Part shown: in pieces, positions 55,473 through 64,000 of the stretch | How positions within the stretch are numbered: position 1 is the stretch's first letter | How the letters are laid out: every line of letters begins with the position of its first letter | Assembly (NCBI GenBank): GCA_036392795.1 | Contig: DASVXH010000083.1 | Span: 1,563-65,562 of the forward strand | Direction: 5' to 3' | Origin: Candidatus Saccharimonadales bacterium | GTDB taxonomy: Bacteria; Patescibacteriota; Saccharimonadia; Saccharimonadales; UBA4665 | DNA: 64,000 nt | The notes under the pieces: generated by a model | Told to the model about the DNA's origin: nothing | Seen by the model: only the letters and a program-made list of their open reading frames with translations | The model's database searches: none | Made by a program: the position numbers and the translations under genes

Positions 55473-56966
55473 TTAATATCTAAGACGCATTAGAATATTT
55501 CGCACCCTATTCGGAAGCGTGCCCGGTAGTTCGCGGTTCATCTCGTGAATAAAGCCTTCTAGTGTTTCGCGCCGCAAAACAAAATCCGCCAATAACTCTT
55601 CAAGGGCAGGAATGACCGCCTGAGCTTTTTCGTAGTCAGCTACTACTTTACCGGGGGACTGATCGTTCGGCTTTAGTACGGCTCGTGCCAAGGCCAAAGC
55701 ACCGGCAAACCCATCTATCGCCTCATTGAGCAAAGGGCGCGACTCTCTCAATCTAAGCAAAACGGAGTCTCCTGCCTCGACACCATCCAATTTGGCAAGT
55801 GCAGGGTGAAGGTCAGCAATTACCTGGGCGATACTAACGGCGTCCACCCCGGACGAAGAATATCCCTGCGTCCGACCGACCTCAGATTCTGCGCCTTGGC
55901 TTCCCTTGTTTGAATCAGTAGCTTGACGTCCCCGTCCTATGGAAACGAGCGCGCCAACATATTCCTTATCATCTAAAATATTCTTGCCCTGACGGTTGGC
56001 CCGCTCCGCCTCCTGCGAACTGTTAATAACACCCCTGACACCTTCCACGAGATCACGCACCACCGTCTCGTGCACGGGGTTAAACCGGAGACCTCCGTGG
56101 CTTTCACTTAATTGCAAATAAGACAAGCGGCCTTGCACCGTCGACTTCATAATTTGCGACCATACTTCCTTGCGATCTAAGGTGGGATTAAATTCGATAA
56201 CCTTATCCAACAATGCTTCTTTTGTAAGAGTTGTAGTATTTTGATCTATAAGCCGTTGGGCGGCAGCCTGGGTAGCCAAAAGTTCTGGGGTTTCGCTGCG
56301 ACCTTTTTGTCTATATTCACCCATACTAATTCCACTGATTTTGATCGTTTCGCCGCGTGCTGCGGGCTTAGAATTAAGCAAAATGCCATCTTGCACAAGC
56401 TTGCGAGCCGCCTGAGTTACGCGATCGGGATTTTCGTTAATACTATGGGCTATAGCCTGGAGGGTGGTGTGAGGATTATTAATAATACCCTCGACCACAT
56501 TAAATCGAACCTGAGCACTGTTATAAGGACTATTTTCACCCTCTTGAACTGTAGCGCCGAAAACCTGTTGCAGCGGCAGGTTTTTGTTATTCAGCTGCCA
56601 ACCGCCGACAACTCCCGCCAGGGAAATGCCGAGCTCTTTGCCGTTTTCGGTTACCTGGGTAACCTTTTTTCCAGCATATTCAAATTCAGTGGCTAGTCCA
56701 GCCGCGCGCAGTGCACCAGTATGACGGTCGATCATATTATTGGCATTTTTAGGCAAGCGCTCAGGCGAACCTTCGCCCAACATAGAATTAATTCCGTTCA
56801 CAATTCCGGTGGAGGTAACCGCCCCATTAGCCTTGGCCAGAGCCCCAAGCGCCACAATTTTTAAAGCACTATTAATAAGAGCACCCACCGCGCGTTCTCT
56901 GGTGAATTCCGGTTGTATGGGCACTTCGCCCGTAGCGCTCGGCGGCGCCTGGTTAGGATTGGTCAT
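55473..56966 (-). CDS. Hypothetical protein, 497 aa, with possible winged-helix segments
   Basis: ORF. TLQAIAHSINENPDRVTQAARKLVQDGILL resembles a wHTH recognition unit. Confidence 0.6.
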   Translation of the reverse strand: MTNPNQAPPSATGEVPIQPEFTRERAVGALINSALKIVALGALAKANGAVTSTGIVNGINSMLGEGSPERLPKNANNMIDRHTGALRAAGLATEFEYAGKKVTQVTENGKELGISLAGVVGGWQLNNKNLPLQQVFGATVQEGENSPYNSAQVRFNVVEGIINNPHTTLQAIAHSINENPDRVTQAARKLVQDGILLNSKPAARGETIKISGISMGEYRQKGRSETPELLATQAAAQRLIDQNTTTLTKEALLDKVIEFNPTLDRKEVWSQIMKSTVQGRLSYLQLSESHGGLRFNPVHETVVRDLVEGVRGVINSSQEAERANRQGKNILDDKEYVGALVSIGRGRQATDSNKGSQGAESEVGRTQGYSSSGVDAVSIAQVIADLHPALAKLDGVEAGDSVLLRLRESRPLLNEAIDGFAGALALARAVLKPNDQSPGKVVADYEKAQAVIPALEELLADFVLRRETLEGFIHEMNRELPGTLPNRVRNILMRLRY

Positions 56967-57126
56967 AGCTTTCTATCATAAGAGATTATGGTTTTGTTAT
57001 ATAACAATAATATATTCTAAAGAATATGTCAACACCTCGCAGTCTTCACCCGATCACTGCGACATATTCTGTCGTAGCTTTGCCAAGTCTGCTACTATAA
57101 AAAGGAATTTCAAAAAAGGAGATACT

Positions 57127-57759
57127 ATGGATCCACAGCAGCCAAGCGTAAATCAACAATACCCAACGCCGGAAAACACTCAGAGCCCACAGGGCCAGTT
57201 TACTCCGAATACCCCAAGCGAGCCCCCAAAGAGTAAAAAAACCGGCGTGTTGGCGATTATTATTATAGCCGTCGTGTTGGCATTGGGCTTTGTTGTCTTT
57301 GCCATCATAGGACCGGACAAAAAAGACAACACCGATAGCACCAATAACAATAGCAGTAGTAGCACCGAATCGGACAACAAAACCACCGATTCAAGCAAGT
57401 ATCAAAAATATGACGTCACCGATAAAGTCACGGGGCAAAAATTCTCCGTATCCTTCTACAAAAATGCCGCCGCAGAAGAAAAGAACGGTCGCACATACTT
57501 GACCGCTAATGATGGCGGTACGCTATATAGCGTTTACCTGGGTGCCGCAACTGGCGACAAGATCGACTGTGGCAATAGCAAGACCACGACCATGTCGCTC
57601 ACCGACGAATCAACAACCGTCTGCTACCTTGAGGACAACACTCAGTACGCCGGTTACGCCACCAGCAAGAGCGGCAAAGTTAAAATAAATCTGGCCGGCC
57701 AAAAAGCCATTAGCCTGGACGAGGCCAAAGCCATCATGGAAAGCGTCAGCTTTAACTAG
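57127..57759 (+). CDS. Single-pass membrane protein: Pro/Gln-rich N-terminus, Ser/Asn/Thr linker, extracellular domain
   Basis: AAGGAG lies 7 nt before ATG 57127. TM helix GVLAIIIIAVVLALGFVVFAIIG. The track ORF's upstream extension overlaps the antisense 497-aa gene. Confidence 0.65.
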   Translation: MDPQQPSVNQQYPTPENTQSPQGQFTPNTPSEPPKSKKTGVLAIIIIAVVLALGFVVFAIIGPDKKDNTDSTNNNSSSSTESDNKTTDSSKYQKYDVTDKVTGQKFSVSFYKNAAAEEKNGRTYLTANDGGTLYSVYLGAATGDKIDCGNSKTTTMSLTDESTTVCYLEDNTQYAGYATSKSGKVKINLAGQKAISLDEAKAIMESVSFN

Positions 57760-57783
57760 ACCCTCCGACAATGCTAGCCGAAC

Positions 57784-57815
57784 AATAAACCGCGATCTTC
57801 GCGGTTTATTGTATT
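57784..57815. terminator. Bidirectional terminator between convergent genes
   Basis: AATAAACCGC (57784-57793) / GCGGTTTATT (57801-57810), 10-bp stem flanked by A/T tracts. Confidence 0.7.
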
Positions 57816-57913
57816 TATATCTAGCCTGAGTTAAAGCGTGAAACCGATGACCCATCCCAAATCCGTGTTGCCGAATGGCTTTTAAAGCATATTCAATTGT
57901 CTGCGCTCAGAAG

Positions 57914-58123
57914 CTAGGGTTTGGGATCGAAATTCTCGGCCTCATAACTACTTCTTTCGAGCCACGTCCGCTGCGCTTCTTCGCGTGCTGCTGACCTTCC
58001 TGGGGCACCGGGCTCAATATTGTTGTACACCTCTAATGCGGCAAGCTCCTCTCTTCTCTTTGCCACCCACACCGGATCTTGCTCTTCGGGGGAGGGCTGT
58101 CCGCCGTCAATTTTTTCTGCCAT
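57914..58123 (-). CDS. Small acidic hypothetical protein, 69 aa
   Basis: AGGAG lies 5 nt before ATG 58123. The track ORF extends to 58198. Confidence 0.45.
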   Translation of the reverse strand: MAEKIDGGQPSPEEQDPVWVAKRREELAALEVYNNIEPGAPGRSAAREEAQRTWLERSSYEAENFDPKP

Positions 58124-58223
58124 AATTTCTCCTGTGATGTATAGGTTACTTCCTTTTTTATAAGGAATAATTAAACTTTGCAAACTTCTTGTGGGCAAGG
58201 TAGAACCCTAACAAAGCCAAACA

Positions 58224-59030
58224 CTAACTCCGCCAGCCTTGTTTGACTGCCCGTAGCTCTGAAATATCCAGCTCTCCGCAGTCTACCTTGGACTGTATCT
58301 TGTCCAAAATAAGCTGCTTCTGTTCCGACGTCAGCACCTGCGAAACCTGGCCATACCGATCAATAATCATACTGCGAGCGATTACGCTGCGACCGGGACT
58401 GTGATAGAACGTGCCATGGGCTACGTCTACCCGCAAAAAACGGTTGTCATCATAAGGAAAATCATACGTAACAAGCCGGTTCCTACCTGAATCATCATGC
58501 ACAATTATCCTGGCCGTAGCGGGTGGGGAGGAGGGCATTACCACAATAGTCACCACAGGCAAATCATGAGCCTGCGCCAATTGAATAAGTGCCGCATTGC
58601 GCTCCGAATTACCCAACGCCCGGCCAGCCGCAGTCGTTTTGAGCATCACGCCAGCTACCCTTACACCTTCAAAGGTCAGGTCAACTTGATTATATTCACT
58701 CGTTTTAGCCGGGCGCAGGAGATCTTGTAAATAATCCTTTCGGCCGTTCTTAATCTCGCCTCCACAATCCACACGCGACATTCCTCGTATGGACTGGGTT
58801 TTGGGGCTGCTCAAAATCAGACCGCCTTCGCCGCAAAATGTACCCTGATGACGGTTCGTCACCAGGCTCGTAGCAAGCACGCCCTCTCGTTTTGACCCTA
58901 TCTCTGCGAATCTTTTCTCAACATTCCCCAAAGAAACGTGAACCAAAAAGCGATAATCTTCCGTAGGCTGATACACCCGTTCCAGGGGCTTAGATACCGC
59001 TAAGTTTGTGAACGAGTATTTGGCCTTCAT
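58224..59030 (-). CDS. Hypothetical protein, 268 aa
   Basis: The ATG directly abuts the stop of the upstream lytic transglycosylase gene (TAGATG). Confidence 0.6.
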   Translation of the reverse strand: MKAKYSFTNLAVSKPLERVYQPTEDYRFLVHVSLGNVEKRFAEIGSKREGVLATSLVTNRHQGTFCGEGGLILSSPKTQSIRGMSRVDCGGEIKNGRKDYLQDLLRPAKTSEYNQVDLTFEGVRVAGVMLKTTAAGRALGNSERNAALIQLAQAHDLPVVTIVVMPSSPPATARIIVHDDSGRNRLVTYDFPYDDNRFLRVDVAHGTFYHSPGRSVIARSMIIDRYGQVSQVLTSEQKQLILDKIQSKVDCGELDISELRAVKQGWRS

Positions 59031-59753
59031 CTACTGGTGTCCGGCATTGGCTGCATCCAGCAAACGGGAGCCACCGCGTTCTGCCCAGCGCTCGAATGTC
59101 GGGCTTTTTTGCGCACGACGTTCGCGCCACATATTAAAAGCGTCACGGGAATAGATAACGGGCTGCGGGTCGCGCAGGCCTTCGCCCTTTTCCAGAGCAC
59201 TGGCCGTTCCCGGACCGCCATTATAGCCCGCAGCAATTAGCTCAACCGTCGCTGTCCATTCCGGACCCTGCTTGGCAGTGCCAAATTCGTCGCGCAAATA
59301 GGCCAAATAGGCTGTACCAAATTCAATGTTAGTACGTGGATTCATCAGGTCGTAGCTGGTACGCGGTTCTTTTAGGAATTTTGCCGCGATGTCCTGGCTG
59401 GTCGGGCCAGTCACTTGCATCAGACCCTTAGCACCAGCTTCGCTTTCGGCCCGTGCATAACCGCCGGATTCCATCGTTATAATGATAGCTATCAGGTTGG
59501 GATCAACATTATATTTTTTGCCCATCTCGGCTATTATACCGTCCCATCGGCGCACCGAAGGCGGAATCCACCGCGCCGTAACACCTTCTGGCCGATAAGG
59601 AAGAGGCGTTTGTGTATCGTGAATAAAACTTGCAGTCGCCATGCCTGCCAGCGTAACTATTACACCCAGCGCCAACATAATGCAGTCCCGCCAGGAAACG
59701 GATCGTACACCCAACCGCCTCTTAAGTTGTGACATATTCATACGAATAATCAT
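59031..59753 (-). CDS. Membrane-anchored lytic transglycosylase (SLT / GH23 domain)
   Basis: IITMESGGYARAESEAGAKGLMQV signature. N-terminal TM helix. GAGGG lies before ATG 59753 (the track start is 59786). Confidence 0.8.
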   Translation of the reverse strand: MIIRMNMSQLKRRLGVRSVSWRDCIMLALGVIVTLAGMATASFIHDTQTPLPYRPEGVTARWIPPSVRRWDGIIAEMGKKYNVDPNLIAIIITMESGGYARAESEAGAKGLMQVTGPTSQDIAAKFLKEPRTSYDLMNPRTNIEFGTAYLAYLRDEFGTAKQGPEWTATVELIAAGYNGGPGTASALEKGEGLRDPQPVIYSRDAFNMWRERRAQKSPTFERWAERGGSRLLDAANAGHQ

Positions 59754-59862
59754 ATCACCCTCTGCAACGAATAGCAGGTAAAACATGTACCCAGTACTAC
59801 AATTTCGAAATTAATCATAATAAGTGATATAGTTTATTTTATAAAATAAAGGAACTTCCCAA

Positions 59863-60519
59863 GTGTCCGAACAACGACCCAGTGATGATTTTGAAAGACA
59901 CCCCGATATCCGCACCCTGCAAGGTGTAGATGGCGGAGAGGACGCAGACCACCTGCACGAAACAGTATTAGGAAAGCTTGACCTCTTTTTAGATGCTCCA
60001 GTCCTTGCAAGGGTCGCCGACATTCCCATTGATCACACCCTAACTATCCATTCACTCTCGATAGAAGGCAGGGAAGAAAGCGTAACCTTTCGCAGGCATC
60101 CCGACAACCAACAGACCGCCCAGCAGCAGTGGACGGTAATACGAAAAGAGGGCGACGAATATATTGAAGAGCCCGCCAACCTTGAAGGTTCATTCGCTAC
60201 TGTCTGGGGCCTAGGCGAAACCGACGACATCAGGGTGCGCCAACACGTTCACTTTGCCTATACGGTATCCTACCGGTTGCGTTTTCGTCATGGCAGCGAC
60301 GTACCGGGCACATCTTGCGAAGACTATGATTTTCCGGAAGAAATGATAGATCACTCAGTTATAGAGCAATACCTTGCCGGCGATGATCCAAACGCATACG
60401 TGTGTCGCGGCGCCGACGGGCTGTTATATTACAACGCACTCGATACTCGCAGATCATACCGGGCGGTTACGGGCCAAGTGACATCGGTCACCATCGAACC
60501 AGTTACACAGCCCCAGTAG
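59863..60519 (+). CDS. Hypothetical acidic protein, 218 aa
   Basis: ORF with a GTG start. Confidence 0.5.
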   Translation: MSEQRPSDDFERHPDIRTLQGVDGGEDADHLHETVLGKLDLFLDAPVLARVADIPIDHTLTIHSLSIEGREESVTFRRHPDNQQTAQQQWTVIRKEGDEYIEEPANLEGSFATVWGLGETDDIRVRQHVHFAYTVSYRLRFRHGSDVPGTSCEDYDFPEEMIDHSVIEQYLAGDDPNAYVCRGADGLLYYNALDTRRSYRAVTGQVTSVTIEPVTQPQ

Positions 60520-60576
60520 TTCCATAATTCTCAAAAGCCTATGCATGACCTCAAAATATGCTATGCTGGGCTGCAT

Positions 60577-61278
60577 ATGAAGAAAAAACAATTATCCATC
60601 TTTGACGTTGACCGGACACTCTTTAATGGTCCATCCACCGAATGGGCACTCAAAAGCCTGGCAAAAGGCGGACTGTTAAAACAGCACACAGCAACTCTAG
60701 CCAAACTGGACCGGATGAATAATCCAGATGGCGATCAAGTACCTTATATCAGCGCAGTCGGAAAGGTACTGGCCAGCGTTATTGGTGATGTGCCAATAGA
60801 TGCACTGCAGCGCAACGCCACAGAAGCCGCCAATGCATGGCGCAAGATGGTCTTTCGCGAAATGGAACAAGAGATTGGTGAGGCACAGCAAAGAGGACGA
60901 ATTCTGGTTATCTCACATGGCCCCGATGCATTTATTCGCCCCTTCGCCAAACTTATACGGGCCGACTACGCGATTGGCAGAAGTCCTGAAGACTTTACCG
61001 AACGTCGCAAACCAAAAAAGCTCGTCATGGCCGCAACTGCCTGCTTGAACGCGGGTATTGATTTTGCATGGTCCAACCCGGACTGGGAAACTACGGTGTA
61101 CGGCGATGACCCCAACGATGTTCCGCTGCTGCAGTTAGCCACGGCTCCCGTACTTGTCAATCCGATGACCGCCGAACTGCGCGAATACGGCAAAGCTGAG
61201 GGCTGGCGAATCCTTGATTGCGCAGGTATCAATCAGTACGGCGAATACGGGTATCTGGAAGGTAGATTTGTGGCATAG
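60577..61278 (+). CDS. HAD-IB (SerB-like) family phosphatase
   Basis: Motif I IFDVDRTLF and motif IV YGDDPNDVPLL. Start is ATG 60577 or 60541. Confidence 0.65.
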   Translation: MKKKQLSIFDVDRTLFNGPSTEWALKSLAKGGLLKQHTATLAKLDRMNNPDGDQVPYISAVGKVLASVIGDVPIDALQRNATEAANAWRKMVFREMEQEIGEAQQRGRILVISHGPDAFIRPFAKLIRADYAIGRSPEDFTERRKPKKLVMAATACLNAGIDFAWSNPDWETTVYGDDPNDVPLLQLATAPVLVNPMTAELREYGKAEGWRILDCAGINQYGEYGYLEGRFVA

Positions 61279-61351
61279 TCTGCGGAGTCATATTGCCCGT
61301 CAACCCTATCTACAGTATTATGGGGTCCATTAGAGTAAACAAAGAGGTCTT

Positions 61352-63790
61352 ATGCATATCGAGAGAACTGGATTTCTATATACTGCCGACACTGCCGGTA
61401 ACCACGTCTTAGCACCCTTGATCAATCCCGATTCGATACCAGCCGAACTCCAAATCGAACTGGCAGCATATGCCCAAGATCATCTAAGACACCAGGAGGT
61501 ACACGACGACGGCGAGTGGCGACTGCGCGAAGATGGCGAGCTGGCTCCCATTCTAGCGTACATTCAAGACGCCCCAGAATGGCGATACCTTATTGGCGGC
61601 GATGTCGAAGTCAGTCCGGAAGCCTATGAAGCAGGCAAGCAGGCAGTGCATAACGTCGTAGACAGTTCGACACTCGACAATCAATCCAACAGCATAGCCG
61701 AACGTGCAGCCTTATCCGAGCAAGCCATTGAAGTCTGGCGCACAACAAATGCAGTCGATTGCACGCTAGTATTGGGGCGCGGAGACCCCGAAGGCGCCGA
61801 TTGGTTTCGGGGCAGACGGGACCAAGAAGGTAACTTACCGCCAAACGCTCTCACCGACGAGCAATACGCCGAATTCTCGCACGATCTTCGAAAACTGGCC
61901 GGTGACAACGAGGGTTTTCTGGCCTTTATCATGGCGGAGTATGTACACGATCTAGCTAAAAGCGGCGCCTTGGTTCGCCTGGCAAACATGGCCGGCATAG
62001 ACACCGTTGGTCATACCCATGACGACATTCTTCACGACGTCATCGCGGATCAAAACATCTGCGATACCTTGCTACCGACACTAGCTAAAGTCAAAGAATT
62101 CAGCCCCAAAGCGTACGATCTGGCGGTCGAGATTCTAAGTATTAACGTCAATTACGCGCAACTGCTAACTGGTGAAGCTCCAGCTAGAGTTATCAACGAA
62201 CTCCGAGGTATTGACCCGCAGGTACTCGGACTTTTCTTTTTTAAGCATCGCTTGGATATCGCTGGGGCTTTGGGTCATCGGCAACACGCCGGATCGCTCA
62301 CCATGGACAAGGAAACGTATCAGGACATGGTTGATTTGGAGTGGGCCATAACCACAAATGAACTCCCCGATGATGCCACCGCTCGTTACAAGGCCTATAT
62401 TCGCAAACGCGGCCTACGCATGGGTAGCGAAGACATTTATGAGCTTCCCGCCCGAGACCAGGATGCACTGTATGCCCGTATCATGATAGCCATGCGACGA
62501 CGCGTTCATGAGGCAGAAATCTTTGAGCAGATTCTACAAGATTTTGATCACGCGCCGGAAATTGTCGACAACATTCTAACAACCCTCCTAAACAGACACG
62601 GCATCGACGACAAAACCGTACGTGCCGGCTACAGCCAGGCCATGCTCATGGGCATGGCGAAAGACCCGCAATTCGCCGACAATTATCTGACAATCTATGC
62701 CATGTTCCTGCACGAGGCATCTTTGTACGCGCGGTCGAAAAGCCCAAACGATACCGGCATCGCAGATGCCGACTTGGGGAGTATCGCCACGGCCATCAAC
62801 AAGAAAAGTACCGACCTGAGATCGGCCATTCGCTTTACTGTCAAAGCCTCGGATGATGAGGGGTCCATGCTTTATCCTGTGCTGCGCAAGCCCCCCGTCG
62901 AAACCCTGGAGATGCTGGATACCTTTGACGGCGAGTTTCTTCGGAACAAGCGTATCATGATGATTGGCATGTCCGGCGGCGCCGACAACGCACATGCCGG
63001 TGCCCTCGGCGGGGTAATTGCCCAAAAATATGGCGCCACCATTACCGGTATTATGACATTCCGCCGGCCGGACCAGACACTACGGGGCGGGCACCACTTC
63101 GGAGTCTCGGCCACCACCGTACATCCTGACAGCATCGCCCAGGGAAGCTGGAGCCGCGGTAACATCGAGCAGTCGCTCGTAAAAGCCCTACGGCCAGACA
63201 ATCAACTCAAAGTATCCATTAGTAATGCAGATAATCACGCAAAACGACTCGCTGACTTAGAGGCGTTTCGTAATCTCACGGACGCCGACATCATAATAGC
63301 TGTTGATCCCGGAGGCGATTCGTTCTCACATAGGGGAGACATTTCCGAAGATTCAGCTCATTTGGCCACCGAAAAAGATCACCAAGTCATAGCAGCACTG
63401 ACGGAATTTAGCAAAGATCAAGGTTTGCCCATCTACACTGCGGGCATTGGCCCAGCAAACTATGCCAAAGATTACTCCCTTTCTTTGATGCAGCAGGCTT
63501 CGACAAAAATACTCCCACTAAGCCGGAAAGACCGGGGGGCAATGGTAGAGGCATATGACATTCTCGAAATGCTTCATCGGGACGATATCAATTACTCAAC
63601 AACCGCCATGTTATTTCACAGAGCCACGTTAGGGCAGCTTGGCCTTCAGAGTATCGACCTGCCACCTGCGGTTGCGACCTCATCGCAAAATCCTTGGCGC
63701 GTCTTCTTTTATATAACCCAAGGCATGGGCGAAATCACCATGACCGAAATTGCCAGGCACCACGAAGTCATATCCAGTCCGATGCGGTAG
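61352..63790 (+). CDS. 812-aa multidomain hypothetical protein
   Basis: Uninterrupted 2.4-kb ORF. His/Asp-rich central segment (YVHDLAKSG, GHTHDDILHD, KHRLDIAGALGH). Gly-rich loops MIGMSGGADNAHAG and AVDPGGDSF in the C-terminal third. Confidence 0.75.
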   Translation: MHIERTGFLYTADTAGNHVLAPLINPDSIPAELQIELAAYAQDHLRHQEVHDDGEWRLREDGELAPILAYIQDAPEWRYLIGGDVEVSPEAYEAGKQAVHNVVDSSTLDNQSNSIAERAALSEQAIEVWRTTNAVDCTLVLGRGDPEGADWFRGRRDQEGNLPPNALTDEQYAEFSHDLRKLAGDNEGFLAFIMAEYVHDLAKSGALVRLANMAGIDTVGHTHDDILHDVIADQNICDTLLPTLAKVKEFSPKAYDLAVEILSINVNYAQLLTGEAPARVINELRGIDPQVLGLFFFKHRLDIAGALGHRQHAGSLTMDKETYQDMVDLEWAITTNELPDDATARYKAYIRKRGLRMGSEDIYELPARDQDALYARIMIAMRRRVHEAEIFEQILQDFDHAPEIVDNILTTLLNRHGIDDKTVRAGYSQAMLMGMAKDPQFADNYLTIYAMFLHEASLYARSKSPNDTGIADADLGSIATAINKKSTDLRSAIRFTVKASDDEGSMLYPVLRKPPVETLEMLDTFDGEFLRNKRIMMIGMSGGADNAHAGALGGVIAQKYGATITGIMTFRRPDQTLRGGHHFGVSATTVHPDSIAQGSWSRGNIEQSLVKALRPDNQLKVSISNADNHAKRLADLEAFRNLTDADIIIAVDPGGDSFSHRGDISEDSAHLATEKDHQVIAALTEFSKDQGLPIYTAGIGPANYAKDYSLSLMQQASTKILPLSRKDRGAMVEAYDILEMLHRDDINYSTTAMLFHRATLGQLGLQSIDLPPAVATSSQNPWRVFFYITQGMGEITMTEIARHHEVISSPMR

Positions 63791-63841
63791 TATGGTCTCG
63801 GTAAAACGGGCAGAATACAGGGACGGGGAAGACGATCAGGA

Positions 63842-64000
63842 TTAATTGTCTTGCAAGTTTACCGTTGCGCCGCCGATATGACGCGCAAAATAACTGTCGT
63901 GCGTAATGTATATAATGGCACCGTTGTAGTTGTGCAGCGCATTTTCCAGCTCTTCGATACTTGGAAGATCCAGATGATTGGTCGGCTCGTCCAATATCAA
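63842..64000 (-). CDS. ABC-type ATPase, C-terminal fragment (5' end outside the window)
   Basis: The reverse strand reads LILDEPTNHLD (Walker B / D-loop) ... IYITHDSYF (H-loop), then TAA at 63842-63844. Confidence 0.75.
   Translation of the reverse strand: MILDEPTNHLDLPSIEELENALHNYNGAIIYITHDSYFARHIGGATVNLQDN

Noticed and set aside
56740-57126. N-terminal 129-aa extension of the track ORF 56740-57759
   Set aside because: The extension overlaps the 5' end of the antisense 497-aa gene. A strong AAGGAG + ATG at 57127 gives a sensible membrane-protein N-terminus.

Overview
This 64-kb window comes from a small-genome bacterium using the standard code (TGA acts as a stop). The content fits a Candidate Phyla Radiation / Patescibacteria organism, probably Saccharibacteria-like. 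Supporting signs are no L30 gene between rpsE and rplO, Cys-free S14/L36/L33, a lone type IV pilin, a GT4-GH57-GH15 glucan operon and many orphan ORFs. All calls rest on motif recognition by eye; no searches were run.

Bases 1-30642 hold the str/S10/spc/alpha ribosomal supercluster (fusA, tuf, rpsJ, rplC through rplO, secY, infA through rplQ, rplM, rpsI). Non-ribosomal genes interrupt it at five operon junctions:
- a chorismate mutase plus two lipid enzymes between fusA and tuf
- a 1500-aa HExxH-peptidase / UbiB-kinase fusion between tuf and rpsJ
- four orphan genes between rpsJ and rplC
- an orphan, a secreted SGNH hydrolase and a cytochrome P450 between rplO and secY
- a membrane protein where adk/map usually sit

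Bases 30.7-48 kb carry housekeeping genes: an m5C rRNA methyltransferase, trpS behind a terminator/antiterminator leader, a cysteine-peptidase-like::RluD fusion, holB, three tRNAs, rpmG, the glucan operon, gdh and an AlkA-like glycosylase.

Bases 47.7-64 kb are mostly orphans. Recognisable genes there are a degenerate HisG-like protein next to a SpoT-type HD hydrolase, MarR, a lone pilin, a lytic-transglycosylase operon and an 812-aa multidomain orphan.

I found no CRISPR array, rRNA, transposase, integrase or obvious prophage. The strongest novelty candidates are the 1500-aa fusion protein, the punctured ribosomal supercluster, the peptidase::RluD fusion and the trpS leader.
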